A stretch of 60,318 nucleotides of DNA, the filler included, from Nemertoderma westbladi (Eukaryota > Animalia > Xenacoelomorpha): assembly GCA_032718475.1 (NCBI GenBank). It is 2 parts of 2 records of this genome, joined end to end, with 100 filler letters (N's around TTAATTAATTAA, not from the genome) between each part and the next. Parts side by side here need not be neighbours in the genome. Positions count along the whole stretch, not along the records: positions 1 to 31,832 come from JAUCBJ010001156.1; positions 31,933 to 60,318 come from JAUCBJ010001511.1. One strand, given 5' to 3'. Every line of letters starts with the position of its first letter. Positions within the stretch are counted from its first letter, which is position 1. This document shows positions 23,303-35,844 of this stretch, one piece after another. The position numbers and the translations under genes are program-made. The notes beneath the pieces were generated by a model. The model was not told the DNA's origin. It did not search any database and saw only the letters and a list, made by a program, of their open reading frames with translations.

Positions 23303-24470
23303 TCAGTACCACATCGGACCCAATCGGTACCACATTGGTACGACATTGGAACAAATCGGCACCACATCGGACCCAATCGGTACCAAATCGGACCAAATCG
23401 GTATCACATCGGACCTTATGGGTACCACATCGGACCCAATCGGTACCACATCGGACCCAATCGGTACCACATCGGTACCACATCGGACCAAATCGGTACC
23501 ACATCGGACCAAATCGGTACCACATCGGACCTTATGGGTACCACATCGGACCCAATCGGTACCACATCGGACCCAATCGGTACCACATCGGTACAACATT
23601 GGAACAAATCGGCACCACATCGGACCCAATCGGACCAAATCGGTATCACATCGGACCTTATGGGTACCACATCGGACCCAATCGGTACCACATCGGACCC
23701 AATCGGTACCAAATCGGTATCACATCGGACCTTATGGGTACCACATCGGACCCAATCGGTACCACATCGGACCCAATCGGTACCACATCGGACCAAATCG
23801 GTACCACATTGGACCAAATCGCTACCACATCGGACCTTATGGGTACCACATCAGACCCAATCGGTACCACATCGGACCCAATCGGTACCACATCGGTACG
23901 ACATTGGAACAAATCGGCACCACATCGGACCCAATCGGTACCAAATCGGACCAAATCGGTATCACATCGGACCTTATGGGTACCACATCGGACCCAATCG
24001 GTACCACATCGGACCCAATCGGTACCACATCGGACCAAATCGGTACCACATTGGACCAAATCGGTACCACATCGGATCAAATGGGTACCATATCGGACCA
24101 TATGGGTACCACATCGGACCAAATGGGTACCACATTGGACCAAATGGGTACCACATCAGACCCAATCGGTACCAAATCGGACCAAATCGGTATCACATCG
24201 GACCTTATGGGTACCACATCGGACCCAATCAGTACCACATCGGACCCAATCGGTACCACATCGGACCAAATCGGTACCACATTGGACCAAATCGGTACCA
24301 CATCGGACCTTATGGGTACCACATCGGACCCAATCGGTACCACATCGGACCCAATCGGTACCACATCGGTACGACATTGGAACAAATCGGCACCACATCG
24401 GACCCAATCGGACCAAATCGGTATCACATCGGACCTTATGGGTACCACATCGGACCCAATCGGTACCACA
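23303..24470. repeat. 21-bp tandem array, right arm of MULE (inverted copy of left array)
   Basis: Reverse complement of the left array, including the same variant blocks. Confidence 0.95.
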
Positions 24471-24691
24471 TTATTACCAATTACCAATTATACAAATACA
24501 ATAACTGCCAAGCTCATTGTGTATACCTGCAGACGGGTACAGTACTGTATAAGTAGGGGCAATAGTCTCTGCATTAGATATTGTAGTATCTAGTACCTAC
24601 TGCAGTGCAGTACCGGTTACCAGCCTGACCTGTTGTCAGAAAGACTAACAATTACTGAATTACTGATACGAGTTTGGTCAGTTGGCTGGTT

Positions 24692-26243
24692 CAGTTAGGA
24701 ACACAACGCCCGATTTTGTCCTTTTGAACGCCCGATTTTGTCGGTAGAAATAGGCGTTTAGGACGCCAGATTATGTTTGGAACGCCAAAATTTGGCGTTC
24801 CATATTTATGAAGTATTGCCCGACATAATCGGGCGTCCCATTTTTATCACAGTAGGTATTTTGAGTGACAGCGGCCTAATCTGTGATCTGTACAGCCTGG
24901 CTACAGCTCACAGTAGCCTGGAGCAGTGGAGTGGAAGCCCATTGCAGCATTGGCTGATTGGCTTAATGTCTGGCATGGATGGTTTAAGATGGTGTGTTGT
25001 GGTGTAGCAGCAGAGCGGTATGAATTCCCTTTGCCCTTTGAACTAATGAGGCTATGTATGTATGTATCCAGTGCAGGATGCAGGTGGTTGAGCTTAGCTC
25101 GTTATTTTACATTTTACCGGCATAGACTTTTTAGCTCTGATGTACATGAAGGATGAAGCACGAGCACAACATAAGCCAAACCTAACTTATTCCGTTATAT
25201 CCGGGAATATGTAATTACTCAATTAGGCCTAATTAATTACTGTAACTTATATTATATTAATTAAGTTAATTATTGTGAATGAATTCACAATAATTAAGTT
25301 AATTAATTTATTACCGTATTTTATTTATATAGGTCTCAATAAGAAGGTGTACTTCAATCTGTAAATTCAAAGCTGCCCAAATGTATTAATCTATTAATTT
25401 ATTTATACGATTGTTGCAGAAATCCGCGTAAATACTTTAATGGAAGTCATGCAATTAACGTTTTTACTTATGCTGGTATGGCCGCTGTGGGCCACCGTAG
25501 TCACAAAATATAATTTAAAATTTATGTCATTATACATTAAAATGGTCAAACAAACATGACAAAATAAACTGAATAAAAACTGAAAACATTAAACTATCTG
25601 GCCAAAGATCTGAAGATACATGGCACACGGCACAGGCACATAGTCAAACCAACATCTATTGATGTAATAATACAAGCACACACCTGCATAGCTGCATAGT
25701 GCATATACATAATACCCCAGTCTGTAGGTGTGAAAGAAAAGCCAGGTCACATCTGCCCTATATTCATTAACCTGCCCCAGACATTGGGCGCCAGTAAGCT
25801 ATACCTTACAAACAGTCAACCCAGCCATAGGCAAGCCATCCCTTTATAATTAGCCTAGATCAGTCTCGCACCTATTACAGCGCTCAGCACAGGATACCTA
25901 CTGTCTGGCTGTCAATCAATAAACACCCCAAGGACATAATCTGGCGTTCCTTTTTCTGTGGACATAATTTGGCGTTCCATTACGCCTAATTCTGATAATA
26001 TTTTAAAAGTGAGATAACTTTTTATTCCGTAAGCAATATTTTTTCTTACGAGGTGAAATGTCATTATATTTTGCAAGGAATTCAGTGGTATAAATTTTAA
26101 AATGCGACAATTTTGTATCAAATGCGCTTAGCATTCTTATTTTTTCCTATGTTAGTCTATGGGGAAAATGCAGCAAGATTGGTCCTGGCGACGCCAAATT
26201 TTGGCGTTCAAAAGGACAAAATCGGGCGTTGTGTTCCTAACTG
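24692..26243. mobile_element. Non-autonomous TIR element, 1552 bp, 41-bp perfect TIR, 5-bp TSD, inserted in right arm of MULE
   Basis: TIR CAGTTAGGAACACAACGCCCGATTTTGTCCTTTTGAACGCC; TSD TGGTT (24687-24691, 26244-26248). The left MULE arm shows the empty site with one TGGTT. Confidence 0.92.
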
Positions 26244-26764
26244 TGGTTGGTGCTGGAACTTGTTATTTACATCCTAAATTTATATTTTGTGGCCGATGTG
26301 GCTCCGATGTGGCCCCGATGTGGTCCGATGTGGCCCCGATGTGGTCCGATGTGGTCCGATTTGGTCCGATGTGGTACCGATTGGGTCCGATGTGGCTTTT
26401 AGACGGACCCGACAAACCACCACCTGACCACAAAGATTAAGCTACTACAGTGTACAGCTGTACAGTAATATGCGCGGGCGCGCGCACAACAGCACTGCAC
26501 TAAAGGGTACAGTAGTACTACCTACACTAACTAACTAAAGATCTCTAATCGAACTGTCTTTGCTGTTTTGAAGGTCTAGCAGTCACTGGTCACAAGGGAC
26601 TAGGCCTATAAACAAACAACGAAATGTGAGGTTTTTCCCCCATAGACAGATAGACGATAGACCTGTCAGCCTGTAGACCTAACGGATTGCACTCTCGTCT
26701 GTTCGTGGCAGACTGGCTGTGCGTGCACACGTACAATGAGTAGGCCTACCGGTACTAAACTCAC

Positions 26765-26902
26765 CGTAGCTTTAGACATAACAAACACAGCTTCGCTTGT
26801 TATTAATGGTATATCAGGCGAACACTTCATAATAGTTTTAACTCTAGCGAGAGGTAGATCATCTTTACCCTGCTTTGTATTTTCACTCATTTCAGATACC
26901 AT
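26765..26902 (-). CDS. CHRAC1: CHRAC1 histone-fold protein, exon 1
   Basis: LPLARVKTIMKCSPDIPLITSEAVFVMSKAT|gtgagt. Joins ELF of exon 2 to give the canonical KAT-ELF of CHRAC1/POLE4-type H2A-like histone folds. Intron 13747-26764 (~13 kb). Confidence 0.85.
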
Positions 26903-28739
26903 CAGTCCACAGTTTCTGTCTGCCTGTTACCGGTACTCATGTACTACAGTACAGTGCAACTCTACTAACAATCAGACTTAGGCCTAGCTCGTAGCTTCTG
27001 AACTTAGTGCAGTACGTGGTAGCTGGTAGGCAGTATGATACGATCATGATTCATGCATGACCACAGTGATATGGATTGGATACCCAGATACCGGCATTGC
27101 TGACATTATTGAAATGGCCATTCGCCATTACTTTGGGTTATAGTTTAATATAACAATTTTATCGTCGACACGCCAGCCAATGTCTGGGAGGCCAAATAGT
27201 CTCCAAATGCCAAATGTAAATTTGAAAATTATTGGCCTCCCCCAAGCACCAAGCGGATGGTGGCGGAAGTAATAAGTTAACTAAAAAGAACAGTAAACCC
27301 TCAATCTTGGGCCAAATTTCTTGAAATCAATTTTTTTAGATTCAGCACGATCGGCAAAATTGATCTTATATATTATTTTTAATTAGCTAATTTTAATTAA
27401 ATTAATTAATTGTAGGTTATTTTGATTAAAATCAGCTATAATTACATGAAATATAAAGATTTTTTCGAAATTATATAAGATCAATTCCCCAAGAAACGGG
27501 CAAAAAGTTAAAAAATAAAATTCATAATCTGTTGTCTCTGAATATACACTTTCTGGTGCCATTTTTATCAAAGATTACGAATATTATATTTAAAAAGTGA
27601 GCACTAGTGCTGTTTGTACTGTGTATGGTTTTGTAAAATGAATGAAACTATCTCTTTCTTTAAAAAAAATAAGTCGATTCATGAGCCGTAATAATTTCTG
27701 AAGGACTTGGTATAAATTGATGTTTTCTATACCAATATAAAGGGTATCTATTTCTGCATCATATAAGCTATTACAAAGTGGTAGTGCATACTTCCTTTTA
27801 AAGAAAATTTGGTGATAAATAAACTCTAGTAAATTTGATTCCGACACTTTTTTTTCACAATTTTCTTTTTATTTACACAGCCAATCAAATGTGGCCTAGA
27901 GCTGATTATGTGGAAGTTATTGTAGTGCCGAACTGAAAGCCTCTGCTATTGGTTGTTGCTCTTGGCAACAGGTTTGTACAGAAGCCCATGTGTACCTTTA
28001 TTTGACAAACGTCCGACACCAAAAATAGGCCTATACCCAACAGTAAATGTTATTGGATATAAAACATTATTATGGCTTTAACCGGCTTTACGCGTCAAAT
28101 ATACGCGTCGCTTTTGAATTCGCAGTTTATTACGTGTTAATAAATATTGAAATACATACTTTAACGTCCGACACTAAAAGGTCACATAAAACAATAGTTA
28201 ATTCCCACCGCTACCAGTAGCCAATTTGTTTGGGGGAACGGCCAGAGTCCACAGGACTGTATGCCTACATACCGTTTCGAGATTCCCACTTTTGGGGATG
28301 AAAATCTAGTACAGAACTACTGTAATTTACTGCATAGATTTAGGATACTACAAAGTGTGGATTAATTATAGGTAGCCAAAGAGTTGCTGATCAGTAGTTT
28401 TCAGTTTACTCATTATAGACAGACTCGAATAAGGTTTAATTTTGGGGTAGTATAAACATTATTTTGATTGACCTTGAATTAACAACTTTCTACAAATAGT
28501 AAAAAAACAACCGAAAATTTGGGGTTGCCCAAGTGTCCATATGGAATTGACCATAAGATAAATGTTAAAGAACTGCTGAAACCCTTTCGAATGAGCCTAA
28601 AATCATGAGATTTGGTTGACAATTGGCGGATGAGTAGTGTTTTAAAAATGAAAAATGCCATTCTGCGATAATTACAGTACCTTTGAAATTTGAACCTTCC
28701 CGCGCAAAAACTCTCTGTTATCTAGCAACAAGAAAGCAC

Positions 28740-29330
28740 GAAACCATGCTAAGAATTTTGCTATGGGGGTTTTCATATAGTCGCTGATTGAATTTCACAA
28801 GTTAGTTTTCACTTTTAATGAAATCTAATTAGTCTGTATAAGTCTGTCTGTCGGTCTATCTGACTATCGCACAATCTGTCCGTCAAATATAATAAAAGGG
28901 CATGCAATCATGTGAAAAGCTTAGTTATAGGGGTTTTCTGGTCGCATAATTCATTTAGAGTGTCAGCATTTTATGACTTCCGAATTGGTCAGGCTGTCGG
29001 TTATATTTTGCCGTCCACACTGATAGGCATAGCCTACAGTCAGAAACGACGAGGCCAGATTTGAATAATGACATCAGAATAATAATAATATATAATAATA
29101 TATATTATTAATAGAATATTATCATATATAATATTATTAATAATAATAATATTGAATAATGTCACCGACCACGGAAACCCATATCGGACATTTTTTAGAC
29201 AGATAGTACGCCTTTTATTGACGGACAGGCGACGGTCATACTACTAATGGACATACCGACAGTCAAACGGAAAGTCAACCATATCTCGAGAAGTAAGAGA
29301 GATCTTGCTAAACGGTTTTCACATTTGGAA
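28740..29330. mobile_element. Degenerate dispersed repeat with GTCT/CTGT microsatellites (DINE-1/Helentron-MITE-like), related to ~47600-48190
   Basis: ATATCTCGAGAAGTAAGAGAGATCTTGCTA (29281) resembles the reverse complement of 47684-47712; shared GGGGTTTTC and GTCTGTC motifs. Boundaries approximate. Confidence 0.45.
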
Positions 29331-31832
29331 TCCTGATAAAAATCCGCTCTAGATTAAATAGCAAAAATTATTCTGAAAATTTTTTTGAAAGAGGGTAACC
29401 CCCCCCCCCCCCCCCCCCCCACCCCCCCCTTAAATTGATCGTGACTTTTCCACTTGTTGTTTATTCTTTATTATATTTTTCATGGCACTCTTTATTTGTG
29501 AGACAAGTGTGTGGTGATTTGACTACAGCCAAAATTAAACCTTTTAAAAGTGTCCTGAAATTTTGTGATGGGTTTCATATCTGTAACAAAACTATATACT
29601 TAAAAACAAAAAAAACATAGTTAGCACTTTGGGGACAAATAATAATGGATTGCCCTCAGCAACGTTAAAAGAACAATACTGAAAGAGATCGACTGCCAGA
29701 AAAATATTCCAAATATTAACATTTTTAGATTCCACTAAATAAGAAGGTGAGTTATTCCAGATATTCACAACACGAGAAGTAAACGCATGTTTGCTAATTT
29801 TTTAAACGACATTATAGAACTAATAATTGTTTACTGTGGCCACATAGACCAGGGCGTAAAGAACGAGTGAAAAATTGGTTGAATTCTAGGTCGACTAAAC
29901 CATTTTTGATTCGGTAGACCATTATCAGGTCAAAAAATATTCTGCGAACCTCTAAGGGTTGTTTTTATTTGCGTTGGAGTCACCTACGTGTATTGCAGCA
30001 CATTTATGCGTTGCACTGTTGAGTTGCCACGTCGTCTGCAAAAGGTTTATCTTTAAGGTTGCAAAACAGGCAAATCGTTTATGTAATTTAAGAAAATTAC
30101 AGGTCCAAAAACACTACATGCACTACATGTGCATACCAGGAATGGGTATTACCAACTAAAATGTGTTGGGTTCTATTTGTGAAAAAAGCTCGTAACCAGA
30201 TCACCCGTATGCACTCGTATGCAGCGAGTTTGCATAGAATTTTCGAGTGCAAACAAATAACATAATATCGAAATTACTACGTTTATCTAAAATATTGTAC
30301 GAGTCACTTACAGACAGATTCGAGTAATTGAGTACAAAGTAGACCTTCTCTCAAGGATTCCGTGTTTATCTTTAGTCCTTTAGTTACTGTATAAGGTGGT
30401 GATATATAACTGTAACGACTATAACTAAAATGCAAAACGTAAATGACTATAACGTGTAAAGGCTTTTGCGGGATTAGCCGGTTATTTTCCCCGTAAAGTA
30501 CTCTGTAGTTGGTTTAACAGGCATAAAAGGCCGTGTCCTTACTGTACTGGTATTTTAGAGGACATAAAAGCCATTTCTTCTGTATGTGTACTTTAGCGGA
30601 CATAATTAGCAATTCTATGACGCAATACGCCAAATCCTCTTGAAACAGTGTAGCTGCCATGACGACGGCTAACAGCTGATGCTGTACACGTGTAGCTTTT
30701 CTTTGTTCTCTGTTCCTTCTTTGTTCGGTCGACCAATCAGATCGTTTTTTGCCTCTGTGTTGGAGATTGTATACGGAAACTCGTGGAGTTGAGTCAGTAT
30801 GTGATTTTGTCCACAGCCTACAAGCTACAACATCGGCTTTGGAACCTCCGTGTTTCAGTCTTTAGCTCAACATTAGTAGGCTTAATTATAGAACGTATAT
30901 CTGTTATCTCACTCACTTAACATATCTCATACCAATTCTGCATTCATAACCATTCATACCTTAAACTTTGTACTGCTATTTACTGTCGGTTATTCATTAT
31001 ATTTGTTGATGGAATATTATATTTGGAATACTGATAAATAATCAGACACCCCAATCTTCTTGATATACTAAAGGTTAGAGAGACCGGATACATATAACGA
31101 TTGCGACTTACATTAAGTGGTTTGAAGTGAATCTAATGCTATTTTATAGGCCCTACACGTATTGTCTGTTGTTCTCCTTATATGTGACTAAAATTAGTGA
31201 AGGTCGGCAGATTAGTGTGCAGCATTGTGCATTATTGTGTATGATTGTGATTGATAACAAAGCATCTCCTAAAGAATGCGCCATATACGTGAATCTATAG
31301 CCATCCCGTTGTGTCTAGTTTAAGTCATAACTCTGTTTATATATTTAAAGCGCCACGTCCTAAAGGAACTGTTAATATTTCCCGAAAGTGAATAATATTT
31401 GTCAGAGATTATATATATTACGATCAGTCGAATAATACAGTAGGCCTACCCCGCAATACGGTTAGGCTTCCGAATCCAGTCTCCCGGGTATATCCAGCGG
31501 GTGAGTGATCGCGCATAGACTGGCTTCGGCTAATGTAGTGTATCAAATACTTGTCATAGGCTAAAGACGATCTATTATCTAGAAGACATACCAATTTGGC
31601 AGGTTAAACTGCTAAAGGTCTGAAAGCGCGAACATAACGGTTTACCATAATGTAGGAAGTACATGGACCTACTGTACTGATGACAGAAAAACATTTTCAG
31701 GTAACCTTTTTTTGAAAACGGGGAGTTTGCCGTTATCGTCAGTACGTTTTTCAGAGAGAACGTCTTTTTCGCCTTTGTTTGGTCATCGACAACAGTATAA
31801 CCATTAAACTTTAGAGGCCCAATATACCGGGC

Positions 31833-31932
31833 NNNNNNNNNNNNNNNNNNNNNNNNNNNNNNNNNNNNNNNNNNNNTTAATTAATTAANNNNNNNNNNNN
31901 NNNNNNNNNNNNNNNNNNNNNNNNNNNNNNNN
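31833..31932. other. Assembly gap (44 N + TTAATTAATTAA + 44 N)
   Basis: N runs around an artificial six-frame-stop linker. Confidence 0.95.
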
Positions 31933-32251
31933 ATTCTTTACAATACTGGACTTGCCATTCTCTGAAAACATACTGTAGCAGTTTGAGATAAAAATAGAAT
32001 AATGATAAATTTATCAGTCATTCATCCTATTCGCTCATCGGTAGGAATAGAAACAGAGGGAAATTCAGTTAAGGTTAAGTTCTTAATCGATTATTTCCTT
32101 GTTTGTTAGAACCGTGCTGTATTACATTCAATTCGGTACATTTGGTACTGACTCGGTCTCGGTCAGTTACTTTCTACATTACATTCACACACATTCTTCA
32201 CATTCTACTGTACGTTACATTCAGTAGGCTACAACTGTACATCGATTAAAT

Positions 32252-33256
32252 ATGCTTGAATCAATGAAGCTTCATTCTGGTGCTTCAATCCCATCAGTTG
32301 GATTAGGTACATGGAAGAGCACGGCTGAAGAGGTAGGGAAGGCAGTGGCGACTGCGGTAGATTTGGGTTACCGGCATCTGGATTGCGCTTACGCTTATTG
32401 CAACGAAAAGCAAATAGGGGAGGTCCTGAACAACGTATTTAACGATCCCGCCAAGGGTGTCCAAAGAGGCGACATGTTCTTAACAACGAAACTCTGGAAC
32501 AACAACCACCACCCGGGCGATGTAAAGGTTTCCTGCAAGAGAAGCATCTCGAATCTACAATGTGATTACATCGATCTGTACCTGATGCACTGGCCGATGG
32601 CGTATAAACGGGGAGACGATATCCTCCCAACGGGACCAGAAGGGAAAATAGAAGGGTCAGATATTGATTACTTAGACACCTACAAGGCCATGGAGGAGCT
32701 TGTAGATGATGGTCTTTGTAATCACATCGGAGTCAGTAATTTCAATTTACAACAGTTGAAACGAGTCGTGGAAAATTCGAGGATCAAGCCGAGCGTTCTG
32801 CAGGTTGAATGCCATCCATATTTGAACCAATCAGAGCTTCTGGGTTACTGCCAGTCCCGGGGGATCGTACTCGAAGCCTACTCACCATTGGGCAGCCCAG
32901 ACAGACCGGGGGCCGAGTACTATTCCGGTGACGTCACGCCCTTACTGAAACATCCGGAGATATCGAGAATAGCCGCTGGAGTAGGAAGGAGTGTAGCCCA
33001 GGTGCTAATCCGGTTCCAAGTGCAGCGAGGAGTGGTGGTGCTCCCCAAATCGGTGAACCCCCAACGACTCAAGGATAATATTAACATCTTCGATTTTGAA
33101 CTCGATGAGGAAGCCATGACGACCTTAATTGGACTGCATTGCAACAGACGGTTCATTATAACGAAATTTAAGAATGCCCAAGGCGTCTTCGTTTTCGCAG
33201 ACACAGAGCTGAAATATTATCCCTTCCAAGATGATGGCACAATCCCTGTAGTCTAA
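32252..33256 (+). CDS. Aldo-keto reductase family 1 (AKR1A/AKR1B-like), 334 aa, intronless CDS
   Basis: GLGTWKS, GYRHLDCAYAY (catalytic D, Y), TTKLW (K), DLYLMHWP (H), IGVSNFN, QVECHPY, AYSPLGS, LPKSVNP.R. Confidence 0.95.
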   Translation: MLESMKLHSGASIPSVGLGTWKSTAEEVGKAVATAVDLGYRHLDCAYAYCNEKQIGEVLNNVFNDPAKGVQRGDMFLTTKLWNNNHHPGDVKVSCKRSISNLQCDYIDLYLMHWPMAYKRGDDILPTGPEGKIEGSDIDYLDTYKAMEELVDDGLCNHIGVSNFNLQQLKRVVENSRIKPSVLQVECHPYLNQSELLGYCQSRGIVLEAYSPLGSPDRPGAEYYSGDVTPLLKHPEISRIAAGVGRSVAQVLIRFQVQRGVVVLPKSVNPQRLKDNINIFDFELDEEAMTTLIGLHCNRRFIITKFKNAQGVFVFADTELKYYPFQDDGTIPVV

Positions 33257-33786
33257 CAGATACAGTATGAGAGATATGGTGGAACAACATAATTTATGGT
33301 TTATCAAATTTTGATGAATTCGGCAATAACTATTGTAATCATGAATTGGTATGAAAAGTATCACTTTTCAGCGCTATGATCCGACTGTATTTATGTACCG
33401 GTACTGAAAGAGCGAAGCGAGGGACATTTACATAACTAAACAAGAGTTTTTAACGCTGAAAAGTGCCATTTTCACTTTTCATTTAAATTTTCAATAATGT
33501 ACGTATAATCTCGTTATACAGTATTATGTGAGTCAACTTGGTGTTCTGGACGATTAATTATTACTGTATATGTTTCCTTTAATAGTGAATGTAATGGTTA
33601 GGAAAATTAATGTAATTCATCCATTTATTCAGCAATTTACAAATCAGGGGCGGACAGGAAGAATCTCTATTATAATTGATATTAACGGCAACATTAGTAA
33701 ACATTAAGACTACGAAATAAACAATAAGCAAGCTGTCTTCTTATGCTGGCTCTTTCGCTGCCTGTCCTATAGATGTAATGTAAGGC

Positions 33787-34065
33787 CTAATTACCCCCCT
33801 TAAAACGGAGATCGGCAATCGTCTCCATAACGCCACCCACGAACCGCGGTCACACCAGTTAACGCCTAGAGAAGGCAATTTTGATTGACAATGCTGCCAC
33901 ACCTACCATCGGGCTATTCGGGGACTAAACTTCGAGAAGTTTTATTTTTTCCCTGTCTGTCGGAATGTCTGTCTGTCTGTTGATATTTTGTATATCAATT
34001 ATAATTATTTGATAATAACTTAAAACTAATTAACTGCTTATTTTATCTTTAACTTCTCGAAGGCC
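33787..34065. mobile_element. Possible DINE-1/HINE-like MITE fragment
   Basis: Inverted pair CTTCGAGAAGTT / AACTTCTCGAAG flanking a CTGT microsatellite. Confidence 0.35.
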
Positions 34066-34647
34066 ACACGCAAATTCAGCTTGGAAAATTTCTAAGGTTT
34101 CGCCAGACTACGGGCTGACGGGTACCAACAACCAAGTGTGGTTAGATTTCATCGAGGATTGGCGTTTTAGGAAATTTTATTGAGGACCGGACAGGGTTTT
34201 AGGACATGCACCGAGCCCGGTCTGGAAGCCCGGGTTTTAGACATTTCCTGTAATTCGTATGCCAATCTGCATTAAATGCATTACATTACTGTCAGACTGT
34301 AGCTGACAGGCTGACTGTCTCCCTGTAAACTTCAACATTACCGTACTTACGGGGACGTCTATTTACACCAAAAACACACAAAAACACACTTGTTTACCTG
34401 TCTGCTTGTCGCTGTCAGCTTATCAGTGTAGGCCCTACTGCAGTATTGTTCTATACAGCTATAGGCCTAGTTTCAGAGTTTATGCGTTTTATAGTCCAGT
34501 ATCGCAGTATCGGTAGTCCTGTAGTCAGAGTATAGATACCTGTGGTTGCTGGGTTGATAGTTTAGTCAATACCGGTACCTTAACTGCAGACCTGTACACT
34601 GTACGCTCGTTTCCAACGTTTAAACCTAACCGAGTACTGCAGTGGCC

Positions 34648-35448
34648 ATGGGTAGCGACAGAGAGAACAATATTTATCTCGCAAAACTCGCCGAACAAGC
34701 GGAGCGTTACGAGGAGATGGTTGACGCGATGAAATCTATCGCCCTAATGGACGTAGAGCTGACGACGGAAGAGCGAAACCTGTTGTCTGTCGCGTACAAG
34801 AACGTTATAGGATCGAAACGAGCATCGTGGCGGATCCTATTCAGTCTGGAAGCCAAAGATGAGAAAGAAAGAGGAGATGGTACCGGTAATGAGAAGGACG
34901 TTAAAGATAAAAAGTTTGATGTTGAACAGATCGTAGACTATCGGCTAGCCATAGAGAAGGAGTTGCGAGAAGTCTCAAAAGATATTCTCAGTTTAATAAC
35001 CGACCATCTTCTACCGGAAGCCAACCAGTTTGAATCCAAGGTGTTCTTCCACAAGATGAAGGGCGATTACAACCGGTACGTGGCGGAGTTCGAGCAAGGC
35101 ACGGAGCGGCAGTCGGCCGCCGAGGCCGCCTTGAAGGCCTACAAGGACGCCTCGGATACCGCGATGACCGAAATGGCCCCGACCCACCCTATACGGCTTG
35201 GTCTCGCTCTCAACTTCTCGGTTTTTTACTTCGAGATTTTGAACAGCCGGGAGCGCGCGTGTCGCCTCGCCAGGGCCGCATTCGACGACGCGTTAGGCGA
35301 GCTCAATAAGCTCCCGGAGGATTCATACAAGGATTCCACTCTCATCATGCAATTACTACGGGATAACCTTACTTTGTGGACCTCGGATATCCCTCCGGAG
35401 GATGATAAGACCCCAGAAGAAGCGACAGTGCAAGATGTGGAGAATTAA
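34648..35448 (+). CDS. YWHAE: 14-3-3 protein, epsilon-like, intronless CDS
   Basis: [84 protein letters not shown]; DVEL, VIG and LAR.AFDDA residues favour epsilon. ATG at 34648. Confidence 0.9.
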   Translation: MGSDRENNIYLAKLAEQAERYEEMVDAMKSIALMDVELTTEERNLLSVAYKNVIGSKRASWRILFSLEAKDEKERGDGTGNEKDVKDKKFDVEQIVDYRLAIEKELREVSKDILSLITDHLLPEANQFESKVFFHKMKGDYNRYVAEFEQGTERQSAAEAALKAYKDASDTAMTEMAPTHPIRLGLALNFSVFYFEILNSRERACRLARAAFDDALGELNKLPEDSYKDSTLIMQLLRDNLTLWTSDIPPEDDKTPEEATVQDVEN

Positions 35449-35844
35449 TATTATTTATTTGATAAATAGCCTATATTATTATATATATTTAAACCTATTC
35501 GTTCTAGAAACTAATCACTAACGGCTCATTCCTTGCGAGTTTGTCTCTCTGCTATCTTTAGTTTATTACTATCACGTAGTTTAGTGTGTTTGTGTGATTG
35601 TTACTTACTTTTGTAGACTAACAACTAATTCCCAACAACCTCGGCCTTCCCAGTTCTACTCGATCGAGCTAATACACAACCGCTATGATACAATAAGTCC
35701 CCTCAAGGTACACAAATATACAGAACTAGCGGCCTTATTAAACTTAATGTTAATTATATTATTATAATTTTATTGCTGTAAGACTGTTAGTTGTTGAATC
35801 TAATAATGCCTTACAACTTAATTTCTGATTTATAATAAACTGAT

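Larger units (their letters stand above)
16674..26410 (+). mobile_element. Foldback-type Mutator (MULE) transposon, ~9.7 kb, long modular inverted arms, transposase-encoding
   Basis: Termini GGGTCCGTCTAAAAGCCACATCGG / CCGATGTGGCTTTTAGACGGACCC; 8-bp TSD GACAAACC (16666-16673, 26411-26418). Inverted homology extends to ~18860 on the left and from ~22955 on the right. Confidence 0.92.

Noticed and set aside
17253-24593. Long ORFs of HIGPNRY / GTTSDPI / VPHRTQS repeats
   Set aside because: By-products of a stop-poor 21-bp array open in many frames on both strands, within transposon arms.
24692-24725. RAG/Transib RSS-like signal in the 5-bp-TSD element
   Set aside because: The terminus is CAGTTAG rather than CAC, and the nonamer-like CGATTTTGT is in the wrong orientation.
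30649-31092. Possible solo LTR (TGT...ACA)
   Set aside because: No matching TSD, second LTR or PBS/PPT found.
31877-31888. TTAATTAATTAA island inside Ns
   Set aside because: Artificial scaffold linker, not biological.
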